DNA of 63,891 nucleotides, filler included, from Phoronis australis (Eukaryota > Animalia > Phoronida), in assembly GCA_002633005.1 (NCBI GenBank). It is 8 parts of 8 records of this genome, joined end to end, with 100 filler letters (N's around TTAATTAATTAA, not from the genome) between each part and the next. Parts side by side here need not be neighbours in the genome. Positions count along the whole stretch, not along the records: positions 47,184 to 61,771 come from NMRA01001006.1; positions 61,872 to 63,891 come from NMRA01001396.1; 6 more parts are not named here. One strand, given 5' to 3'. Shown piece by piece: positions 52,421-63,891 of this stretch. Positions within the stretch are counted from its first letter, which is position 1; the number at the start of each line of letters is the position of its first letter. The translations under genes and the position numbers were made by a program. The notes below the pieces were generated by a model. The model saw nothing but the letters and a program-made list of their open reading frames with translations, had not been told where the DNA came from and ran no database searches.

Positions 52421-52751
52421 TTTTATTTACAAGACGAGGGGCAAATGCGTTCGAAATTCCTTCTATCCACACGAGATTCATACAAGGACTCGCTACTTAC
52501 TGAAATCAAAGTCCATCAGAGGTTTTGACTCTAAATACTACACAGTCGTCATTTTCGTTATAAATACCTGTTTTATAGCCGTCATAGTTTTCAAACTTTG
52601 ATTAAGAAATTGATATAACGTCTGTTTTTGCATATATTAGAAATGTACACTATAATTCTATTATTGAAAATAAATTCCACATTCATGCATTTATATGTTT
52701 CTTCATTGCACCTCAAGCTTTACTGCATTCTTTAGTAGTTTTAAGGTCTCG

Positions 52752-52803
52752 CTCTCTCTGTCTCTGTCTCTCTCTCTCTCTCTTCCTCCCTCCCTCCCTC
52801 CCT
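52752..52803. repeat. (TC)n/(CCCT)n microsatellite
   Basis: Direct observation. Confidence 0.8.
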
Positions 52804-54043
52804 CGTAAAAGGTCCACATCGCCAGGACTTCGAGTCCATCTATATTGAAGGCTGGGTGTGCGCATGTGTAAGTTAACTATAGTCTTGATTCATACAGCTA
52901 GCTGGCTTTCTCCCCGCTTTATATGTATTTTTGTAAATGCATTACATACTTTGTGTTTAATAGAATATTTTAAATGCTTTCATAGCTTTGACTTTAAAGA
53001 ATAACTGATTACCGTACATTATGTTACGTCAGGGTCAAATGTTCCGGAAAAAAATTTGTACCGCGTTGGGGCGAAAGAATTCCACAACCGCACTGTGATG
53101 ACAGAAGGTAACAAATAAAAACGATCACATTTACTACATTCTTATATATATCTATTATAATAGAGCAACTAAGAAATACACGAGTCCTGGCCACCAGCCA
53201 AACCTGAAGGGAAACACGAGGTCTCCAACAACACATGACTAGACTGAAAACACGCCCACTATACAATGATTTTGCTTGGTAGTTACCACACGCACACTCT
53301 GTCTAAGTCTGACGGAATTTCTAATTGAAGCTTTGAAATAAAACGGTCCATTCAAGAAATATTCCTGTCTCTTGCGATGAACACTGATGTTCACTTGAAG
53401 GTGTAGGTATGTCCTCTCGGCATTTCCAAGATACTACCGGCTTATCTAGTAAAACATGTATATTATGGAATAGGACATGTTTCATTCCGGACACTGTAAA
53501 GGGTTCAGTTATACACATCACACATACAACAATACACTACTAAGTCAACGATAAGTAATCTAATAGCTTAGAAAATTTTCAGTTTTAGAAAAACCATAAA
53601 CACACAGATTTCAGAACGAAATGACGAGAAGACTAAATCCAAAATTGAAGTATGCAATGTTCACAACCAGTGAAAACGAATACATGATTTGAGTCCTGAG
53701 GTTTCACACGATTGAAAGTCAAAAGGGATATAATGAAGAGGTTCTTACAACTTTCGTGAAACAAATAACTCGTTTAAACACGTTACATGAAGACACATGG
53801 AGGTTGAAATTTTAAATTTCCATCATGAATCAGCAATTGACATGGTGTAGATGATCAAAATTACAGAAAATTTAGAGTTTTACATCAAATGATCACATAT
53901 GGAATGATCTGATAACACTTTTAGCAAGGCCATGTAAGTGCTTGCTAATTAGCACATTATATCGGCGTCATGCAACGATTTCCTTTGTGCTATTTGTGTA
54001 TTTCTAAAAAACTTAAAATACAGCGATTATGAAGCCGTGTACC

Positions 54044-54085
54044 GACACACACGCACGTACGCACGCACGCACGCACCCACACACC
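54044..54085. repeat. (CA)n/(CGCA)n microsatellite
   Basis: Direct observation. Confidence 0.75.
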
Positions 54086-57000
54086 AGCCGTACTTTGAAT
54101 TTTTCAGTAAACTTTAATTGTCAAAGAAGAAAAGAAGTATTCTTCACCTTATTTAACATAGTTTGAACTACGCAAACCAAGTTATTAGTAATATTTAAAA
54201 ACACCATCGTTCTAATATAAGTCTGTTTAGTTACTTAAACTAGAAGCGATATCTTGTCTCCGGAATACTGACCATGCTAGACCTCAAGAAACATTAAATT
54301 TCTATTCTATTCAAGCTCAGAACTCACATCTAATATTTCTAAGGAATTTAAAAGTTTTTCAGGGTCTGCCAAACATTTCACGACATTAGTAATGCACCTG
54401 GCCCAGGGTGTACTATAGTCTATGATGAAATTTGACTTGAAAATTGACCAACTGCACGTCACGTTAAAAGCAACCTTACAAATTCGTATTCGAAATATGC
54501 AACGTAATTACTTGAATTTTGAATGTAAGGCTAAGTCAGGTCTGAGTTCGGAGATTAGACTCTGTGTCCCCACAGATGTTATTAAGCAGGACTGGTTCGA
54601 CTGTACTAACTGAAGTGGAGTTTTAACGAAAAAAATCATACGACATCGTCCTTTTCATCGCAACCACGTTCTTCCCATTTTTTGTTTGTCCTTCCCAGTT
54701 TTGGCCCGTCCTTCTCAATTTTGACCCAACCCTTCCATTATTGAGTATTTCCGTCCCATTTGAAGATACCTTCGTCCCATCCAAGCTCCGTACTTCACGT
54801 TGCAGTGCCAAGAATGTGTTATAACTTATAAGGCGGAAAGGTTATCTAGCCCAGGGTTCTAAACGTTTTACTCGAAATCGAACTCGAAATTCTTTTCCGC
54901 ATTTTCCATTCTACTTTTTGCAAACTGTCTGTTCTTTTATGCTCATGTGCATGTTGGTGTACGTACATGTAGATATCTAACTAATCCTAACACGCACTTC
55001 ATGACGAAAGCGTTGAGGTTTAACCTTCGAGCCCGAAATCTCGTGCGTGTTCTCGCATTTTTGGCTGGCATCTAGGTATATTCAAGTACGAACGTGGACT
55101 AGAAATTTGCATGAACAATTCGTATTATACTCGAGCAGAGCACGGAATAAACATAAGTTATCCCACGTAAGGAATACTACTGCGATATACACTGTACTAT
55201 GTCGAATTCGTTTCACCTTGGAATATACCATTAATTCGACCTTCGGTCTCGTTGGGATGTTCCCAGACGAAATTACTTCTCGTTAGGATATGACAGTTGC
55301 ATTCTTATCTATGTAAGATAACTTACGTAACCCATGTATGGAAACTTATTTGCATAAGGGCGATATCTTGTTCCATGCGCTTTGGGTTGTTATATAACGT
55401 CATATACATGCCAAGTGTATCCTCGCCGGTTAAGCGACATGGTTATTTATGATGTTGAATAATTAGTAAAGTTTTATTTCATAATAAGTTGATAATAGTT
55501 TTCAGTTTATGAAATATACAAGCTAAAACACGAACCATTCAATAATATTAAAAGGTCGACGGGAATATAAAATTTGGAACGTTAACTGAACAGGTGTACA
55601 CTGCTTTGTCAATTACGCTTCGATCGATTTTGTAGTTTTCTTGGTTTATTTTTCGTTTCTTAGCTTCTGGAAAGACAGGAAATATTCCCTCCGTTGATCA
55701 CAGCCCCGAAAAATAACAACAGAAACTGTACTACTGCGATGAATTTTGTGGTAAGCACTGTGTTGCATAACGCAGTTTTGAAGTTAACAGCGAGAGAGGG
55801 AGAGTCGGATGTTGCTGCGAGCAGACTGCGTCAGTGAAGAAACACATGCTGGATATCAGATCGCACTTTCCTGTAGATATCTTGGCTCTCTGTGTAAATA
55901 CATTATATGCATTCATAACTAAACGTTTTTGTTTGAATTGAATTAGATTTGCCGGATTTTGTTGGGAATAATACGTAGGCTATATTGGCCCATGTCTAGT
56001 GACCCACATTTTACTATTTTAAAACAAATGTCGAACCTGATCATCGTGCGTCGGAATTTTCATCGGCAAATCTTTGCTGAAAGTTAATATTTTAGAGCTT
56101 TTTCAGGAATGACGTCTTGAATGAATGTATTAGGTAGATCAAATGAGGAAGACCGATCAAATTTGCCGTATTTGCCGTCGTACACACGGATTTACTCTAC
56201 TGCATTGGACTGCACACCAACCGTTGAATATGGTTTCAATCGCTCAAAAGATGTCTCTACTTTCACGTATTTAATGACGTATTCCATGACGTATTCCATG
56301 GCTGTAGTCACACTTACGTGTAGATGGGATAAACATGTATATATATACACTCACTTAGCCACAAAAATAAATGCGTTTTTCGAAAGTCACGTAAACACAC
56401 CTGTTAGTAGCGTCTAAACTTCATTTATAATAAGTACAAACGCCCAGAAACCAAATGTCACTTTCCAAAAAACACTTTAACCGCATTTAACACCCAAAAA
56501 CGTCTTGATTTAAAAGTTCTGATAGTTGTTCTAAAACTAGAGCTGAAGAGATACCAGATGTCAGACTATTACCGGCATCCAGCCAGGCCTTCGAGCCTGT
56601 GGCAAGGAATGACCGGGTTTGTTGACTAATTTTGCCAAACAACCGCTAGTTGTCTGGAACCGTACCTCAAAAGTCTCTCTTGTTAATTCCATTGTGAAAG
56701 AAAGAACAAAAATGAGAAAATGAAAATGAAGTAATGAAATTTGACTTGATCAAAACCAAGTCGACCAAACAACTGGAAACAGTCGCGGCCAGTCCGGCGT
56801 GTAGTCTCGGGGGTCACAAGCTAACAAAAGAATGCATAGGTCACGTGAGAGTCTTGGCATCTCACTTCTACACGGGGCTGTATCGAAAATAATGGACAAA
56901 CCGATTAGTTCACTTAAAACAATCCGTAAACGTAGACTATTTGTAATTAAAGATATTTTATGAATAAAACATGCATATAATGCTTACAACTATTGTAATT

Positions 57001-57855
57001 GTTTCCAGAAAACCCGTGTGAACTTGATAACGCTGACTGCAGCTATAAGATTTGCAACGCAATGCACCCGCCTCCCAACGATTGTCGATTCAAGAAAGTG
57101 ACGATTGATTACGCTGGATATTGCGAGTAGTGATGCGGCGCGAACGACGTCGAATTGCATGATGTATAGTTATTACGTTAGAAACAGATGTGTTAAAATT
57201 TTAAAACACTTGCAGTCACGTAGAAATGCTGACAACATGTAAACCTGAAATATTGCTTCTCTAATAAAAAGTGTCACCATGCACTTACAAACGTGTGTGT
57301 GTGTGTGTAGTCGTAATTGTCAGTTTTACAACATCAGGTGCGGATCCAACGGAAAGACTCAAGGCAGGAGCACTTAACACCGCCCCCCTGCTGCTGTGGA
57401 TGCATGCACAGGCTGCAGGTTCAGGTCGTTTTCGCGGTAATCAACACATTAAACATGGACGTATAGTACATTTTCAACTGACGCGTGCACAACTCTCGAA
57501 ATAGTGGCAGGTCTTTTTCCTGTAATATCTTTCTGTTCATGTGGGCCATGTCACATTAAAAGACATAAGCCCGGTTGAAAGTAAGAAACTGCGTTTTCCA
57601 TAAGAGCAAAGTGTTTCAACTTTCTCAGTATAATTGTTTTGCATATTCACATTTAGTGAGCACTTTCACAAACTAAGTTGGTGAACAGCATAGCCTCCAC
57701 TAAACAGGAACGTAGGAATCAGGTGGCGAGCGAGGAGTCACTCACGGAGGAGGCCCCAACGATAGAACCATTTGCCTTTCTTTTGCCGTTTTTGGGAAAT
57801 TATACACAGAAAACGATTTCGATCGTTTAAGGTAACTGTGGACCTTGAATACCTG

Positions 57856-59232
57856 GGCCCGGTCTCCAATCTCCGTACTGAGACTCATACTCATACTCGA
57901 GATTTCATACTCAAAATCGTGCTCACTGGAGTCGTACTCAAAAAAGCGTATCTAATGTCGTATTTCGAGTAGACTCCAAATGTACTCAAATCTGACTCAT
58001 ACTCGAGTTGCTATGGAACTCTTTATGATGTGAAATGCAAAATCACGCAAAGCCGCGCTGATTCATTGCTCCCTATTGGAATAGACCACCCCAGGAACTA
58101 GGCCTACATTATCGTCTGCTGTCGCTACAACTACAAGAGTATGTCTATAGCGTGGAATTCTGAGTGTTCTGTAACTGTTTTAGTTTCAATAAATATTCTT
58201 ATGCCATTTCTTTGATACATTTGGCAATTATTAAGCTTTACTTCTTGAGTTCCTCACCCAGTCCCGAAAATGTCTCAAGAAATATGTAACAGCTTATCAC
58301 ATAACATCTCTGTTGCTAATTTAGTCTTGACATAAAACCCATTGCTGTGTAGGGCTACGCCGGTGTCAAACTTTGATACTGTATCTTTGTATTTTACCGG
58401 GATGTATCAAGTGAGTTGACATTTGGCACGTGAGTTAAAAAACAATACTTGTGCAGGCATTCAGAGTTCACCAGTGGCAGTAAACGGGGCGAGACGTCAA
58501 CTTAGAAATCGGCAAACAAAATCTGGAATTCCATTTGGGGATTGAGGAATTATAGATGACTAAGTTATGATGAGAAATGTACCTGACAGGGAAGCGAACT
58601 GTTTTTAACTTCCCTCCCCTCCTCGTCTTTTGGAAACCCTACAAAACGTAGGCACACATACCGGAATAAGGGCAGCACAAACTTCTCACACGACTTTTCC
58701 CACAACTGCTTTCGACGCTTGTTATGACTCGCCGACAAGGGATTACAATGCGCCTGTTGCCAGGAATTGTAGAGGTAGAATGGCGGCCATAACATACAGT
58801 GATACGGCGGGTTAATAAGGTGAAGAATAAGAAGATTTAAGATGAAAACTATTATCTCTGAACTGAAATTGAAGTGCTGAGATACGGTAAGAGGACTTAT
58901 TTTTTTAGATTTGCTGTGTTTCTTGGTTCCCTTTCGATATTTTGTTCTCTGGCTCGTATTTATTTTCGAGTACGATTTCAAGCACACTGCCATACCAAAC
59001 TTGAAATTTGAGCATAGACTCCGAATTTTTACTCAAAATCGTACTCGAAATATAGATGAGATACACTTCAGTTCGAGTACACTCGAAAACTGAGTACGTG
59101 CTCGAAATTTCGAGTACAGATTTTTCGAGTATGACATTGAATACACCAAAGCTGAGTCTGTACTCGAGTTGAGTATGAAGTGTGAGTTTGAGCATGATTC
59201 GAGTCTGAGTACGGAGATTGGAGACCGGGGCC
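57856..59232. mobile_element. PIF/Harbinger-type non-autonomous element, related to 43120-43520
   Basis: TIR GGCCCGGTCTCCAATCTCCGTACT..; flanks CTG/CGG (decayed TSD); arrays of TACTC(A/G) motifs at both ends. Confidence 0.8.
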
Positions 59233-59726
59233 CGGTTGTACTTATCTGCAAATATTTTAAATTCTGTTAGCTCTAACTCCTACAAAGTATACATTTTCTG
59301 AAAGGTGAATAAATTTCGTTACAGAATGTATTATTCTTATTTACATGTCCTTAATTTTCACGAGATATGCGTTTTTAATAAAATTGAGTTTGAACGGAGT
59401 TTTCAAAAGTAAAGACAAGTAAATAATAATAAATCTTGTTAGCAAATTCATTCACCTTTCCGAAAATACACACGGCTGTATGCACTGTCTCCTGTGGATG
59501 TCCGTCAGGTGCACGCATCTGCCTAAACCACTTTTGGAGTTGCTTAAAAACTTCATATTGTGAATTGCAGATTTCATAGGAGTTATGCAAGGTAATAACC
59601 GGCTGTCAATTCACAATTCGAGTGGCTTTAGTTTGTATATAATGTTGCCACGATATGACGTGATATATGAAAGTTATTTCCAGAAAAGATCTTGATTTAC
59701 ATGTACATGTACATGTATGTCTCTAC

Positions 59727-60214
59727 GGAAATGGATTGATTCTACAAACGATTTTTTGATTTCTTTTGATAATAGATGACTCTTGTAAGGAATTGGTGAT
59801 GCTTCAATGAACTTGAATTCGGGAAAATCTCCACCAACCCTGCAGTGACTGAACAACAAAGTGCACTTGATGTTTAGTCAAATTGAAGTTCTTCTAAAAT
59901 TGAAGTTTCAGTAACCTTTTGAAATTTTGGGAAACCTGATACCATTTAAGCCCTCTGGGGCCATCCGCTCGAAACTCGGGAGCTTATTTTCAACAAGAGA
60001 TATTAAAGCAGTCCATTAGGCAGCCCACCAGGGGCCGACTACGAACCGCTCCTTCTCAATGTCTACCCATTCAATACATGACCCAAGTGAACTTCCCCAA
60101 ACCGCAACCTAATTAAATGAATTTTGATTTATAATCCAAGTTTCCGACACGAAGTTCCAAGTTCCATTTACTCATTTCCAGGTGATGTTGTTTCTCCCTG
60201 TATTTCTCTGGATA
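59727..60214 (-). CDS. Two putative exons (60172-60214 and ~59727-59848) of a diverged MAM-like domain
   Basis: Phase-compatible splice gives ..REIQGETTSPGND|HCRVGGDFPEFKFIEASPIPYKSHLLS, which echoes the MAM G.T.S..DH...YIEAS...L.S pattern. The final donor is weak. Confidence 0.4.
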
Positions 60215-61871
60215 CTGCGACACAAGATAAGGATTTCATACGTTACTTTTGTACAGATTGATATAATGATTTTGGCTTCTCTTGAAATTCATAAAAGATA
60301 GCCCTAAAGCTCAAAGTCATGCCCCAACCGCGAAAACTACTGGAGTGTAATAAGAGACCCTTCTTAGCGAAATTTTGCTGAAGTCTGGGTACCCCCGTTT
60401 TTAAAGACCGGCTGCACGAGGCTTGCGTCCCAAACAACAAAGTCCGAACACGTGTGGGGAGAGGGTGCCAAATTGGGTATGACAAGGGGGAATCTAACTT
60501 TGGGACCCCGGGGAAAATTTGGCGAGGACGAATTAGTTTATGTCTCTTCTATTCCCCAATAATGTTTACCTTCCTAAGACCCTACTAAAACGAAAGAGGT
60601 GGCCTGAGGTAAAACTGTTTTTGGATGGGGGTACTGGTGTTGACGTAACGACGGAGTTGCAGGCGGAGGTGCAAGGCTGGTGTCGATCTCGAGGCGTGAA
60701 GCGCAACCAGGTAGCCACAGAGGCGACCGCAGGGAGGGTAGTGGAAAATTGCACTCACATTTGATTCACACCTGTTCAGTTAAACAAATCTCGTGCTTCC
60801 TGCATCTACGAACTATGTGCAGCCGCGGATCAAGAACTATACCAGAGTTGACCTAAAAAGAGAAGCTTAGGATACTTCAGACTCCTCAGTTTTGGCGATG
60901 ACATAGTATCCCTATGGCTCAGCGCCAGAGTGTTACTTTTCAGACCTTTTTGGTTGTTAAAGGATATGCATATTGCTATAGAAGGTATTATGAATGTTAT
61001 CGGTCGATTTCTTTAAAAAGATCGGAAGTGATGACGGTGACGCAGTGACCAAGTTCCAAGCAGGAGTCGAGTAAATTGCCCTTGTCATCGCCTTAGAAAT
61101 CGAACAACCGTGAGCAATAGCCTAGATGCCGCAGATTTTCAGTGTCGGACAAATTACATTACGCATTGTCTTCAGCAAGCTCGTCATAATTTGTTAGGAA
61201 AGGTAACGCAACAATGATTCACAAGGTGAAACGAAGTGTCAGCATTGTGCTATACTTGACCACAACCTCGTATTTCCGATTAAAACAATCTACATTAAAA
61301 AACGATTTTTGTGACACGCACCCTCCACGCGACATTTTGTGGGTGAAGATCGTTGGCACCTAAACCTTTTAGCCACCCTAATTATTCTAACAGTTACCAC
61401 GCACCGTTCCGTGCGTGTCCATTTTCTAAAACACGAAGTTTTCCAAGGAAATTTCGAGATTTTTTTGTTCGCTTATTTTTGCTACTAATGACGAGCACAC
61501 CGCGGTACAGTGCCGAAGACGCAAGAATTTCGAAATGTCCAAACAGACGTTTCCGAGTTCACGTGGGGTACAAGTAGCATACCGACGACCAGCACTGTAG
61601 GCAAGCACAGGGGAATCAGGGAGTGCTCCGGGGTTTATGGGGGTGACCGTGTTTTATCTTTCACAGAGGGCCCCAAAAACATAAACATTAGTCCATGTAG
61701 GTCCAATGATGTCTATTCTGAAGGCTTGGCCTGTTGCATGGATTGGGGGGAGGGGGGGGGGGGCAGTTGATNNNNNNNNNNNNNNNNNNNNNNNNNNNNN
61801 NNNNNNNNNNNNNNNTTAATTAATTAANNNNNNNNNNNNNNNNNNNNNNNNNNNNNNNNNNNNNNNNNNNN

Positions 61872-61898
61872 AGTTCCAAGTGGACCATCGTCCGTTCA
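61872..61898 (-). CDS. Start of a thrombospondin type-1 (TSP1) exon, truncated by assembly gap
   Basis: ttttctaactcag acceptor, phase 1 matching the SRCR exon; reads (V)NGRWSTWN, the typical TSP1 opening. Runs into Ns. Confidence 0.6.
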
Positions 61899-62547
61899 CT
61901 GAGTTAGAAAAAACAACTGAATTTATCCTACGCAACAGTGGTCCATTCAATCAAAGGTCGAAAATCCGGTTGCAGCTGAGACGGTAGTTGGCATTTTATT
62001 GCCAAGGCGAAGCTTCCTTTTTGGATGATAGAAAATGTTGTTACCGACGTAAAGTTGGTAAATTCTCATACATTCACGAACCACGTTAATGATGTGGTGG
62101 AAATTAAAGTGGACGTTACGACCCGCTTAAGACCGGACTTAAGCATTTGATAAAACAGCTCCCATGATTGTTTCAAATCTTAAAAGGACGCGGTTTGAAC
62201 TCAAATAGAACAAAAATACAACGCAAGATACTGTACTTGGAAATAAGCTCTTTGTGATTTTCTTCCAAACGAAAATTGTTTTAAAATCAAAATGCTGCTA
62301 TTCTAAAACGAGTATCCACGCGTCCTGGAAAACGCTTATTGTTGAATTCTTTCGACGGCGCAGGTTTTTAACTGTTACCCTATAAAGGTTCAGGTACATT
62401 TTGCTCAAAAGTTTATTCTCGTTGTTTCTAAACAACTGGAACCACCTTCCGTCATAAGCCATCGAATCAGGATGCGTTTGGAACTCGAGTATCTCAAAAG
62501 AATTATTTGCACCAGTCTCAGGAAGCTTGTGTTATCGATCCACTCAC

Positions 62548-62717
62548 CTTTACATCGCACACCCGCTGCCTCCGTGTTGCCGCAGTTATGCGTGTTCCAC
62601 CCTCGGTGACTACACCTATCAATGGAGGTTTCTGTTCCTACGCATTGAACATCGTCCATTCGAAAAGCACCGTTACCATAACCATAAGTAGAACCCTGGG
62701 GCGCGCTTATAGCATCA
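62548..62717 (-). CDS. SRCR domain, second-half exon
   Basis: DAISAPQGSTYGYGNGAFRMDDVQCVGTETSIDRCSHRGWNTHNCGNTEAAGVRCK; taacag acceptor in phase with the previous exon, G|gtgagt donor. Together the two exons give a 6-Cys group A SRCR domain. Confidence 0.92.
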
Positions 62718-63147
62718 CTGTTAATGATAAATTTAAATGTTGCGTAATATTCGAAAGACTAAAATATGATTAACATAAAGTTGCCACTTGAAACTCAAAT
62801 CTCCAGTGCAATGTTCTACCGATCACGCAATAGAGTAAAAGCAGGAAATCAGCAAATGAAAACGAATCCCAGACAATATACACTGAAAATATCGGAGTTA
62901 CAAAATATGTGTTTAGAGTACACATGACCCGGCTTTCAGCACTGTGCCAGTACTTCGCAGTCGTCAGCGATTTCTCACTCAGTCATAGTATGCGAATTTG
63001 TAGTAGGGAGGGAGGGGCAAGCTCCCAATGAGGAGCTCGTGAAACTAATTCGGGACACGACCAAAAATGGCATCGGCATGTTGTTTTCACAGTGCTAAAA
63101 TTCGTTGTAGCCACCTCTTGCAACATCCTAGATCGGCCAGTTAGTTA

Positions 63148-63357
<210 letters not shown>

Positions 63358-63891
63358 TTAGATGAANAGATGAAAATGTAATGGCGCGATTATTGATATG
63401 TATTCACTGCTAGAACTGTTATGGCGGGGAACCATTTGTAAAAGGGGCAGTTCGAGGCTGTTTGGCTGTCAGTCGCTGGCGGTTTCTGCACTCTTTTTGG
63501 CAAGGCAATAGAATCCTATTTAGGCAATATTATAAGAGAGTAAAAGGCCTAATTCTATTTTCGTTTATTGGACAGCCAAACAAGGCGAAATGAAGCTTCA
63601 ATTTATTTCAGATTGTTGATATTTGTTGTGTAGACGTGTTATTGTTGTTCAGATAGAGGGGGTCTTTAAAGACACGAATGTGCAGACTTTCTTGCCTCAA
63701 CCACCCAACATGACATTGATTTTGATAACACACGTATATTCAAGTATGAAAACGCAATAAAGAGGACCGGATGTTGGCTTCCCGTCCGTCGGACAAGAAA
63801 AACTCTGAAGCGGCTTACGGAATCTAAGCCCTTAAAGCCTAACTTCAACGGAGTTTTGTTGTTTTAGATGTATTGGGCTAACCAGATAGCT

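Noticed and set aside
60540-60780. GC-rich ORF-like segment with ag/gt edges
   Set aside because: The phase-1 reading that would fit the neighbouring exons hits an early stop, and no domain is recognisable.

Overview
Eukaryotic draft-assembly sequence: AT-rich, intron-rich and repeat-rich, most consistent with an invertebrate animal. It has seven artificial 100-bp N-TTAATTAATTAA-N contig spacers and two sized gaps. Well-supported genes: (1) a complete 4-coding-exon sterol C5-desaturase (SC5D, 294 aa, minus strand, 18873-26443) with one GC-AG intron; (2) an ecdysteroid-kinase-like (EcKL/CHK) phosphotransferase almost entirely in one exon (48735-49909, plus); (3) exons of a mosaic extracellular protein on the minus strand (complete SRCR domain, TSP1 start, possible diverged MAM exons, ~53-63 kb); (4) a MAM-end + half-SRCR fragment on the plus strand (~40.2-40.8 kb). 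The presumed first intron of SC5D is filled by abutting DNA transposons. The largest is a 6.8-kb hAT element with TIRs and a TSD that carries an intron-rich, pseudogenised ZNF862-like transposase. Also present: a Kolobok-like TTAA element with a THAP remnant, Harbinger-type and hAT-type MITEs (some with 5-6 bp TSDs), a LINE RT fragment, tRNA-derived elements and minisatellites. No CRISPR, rRNA or intact tRNA gene is seen. I cannot demonstrate a new biological system; the best leads are listed as findings. All calls are by-eye, with no database searches run.
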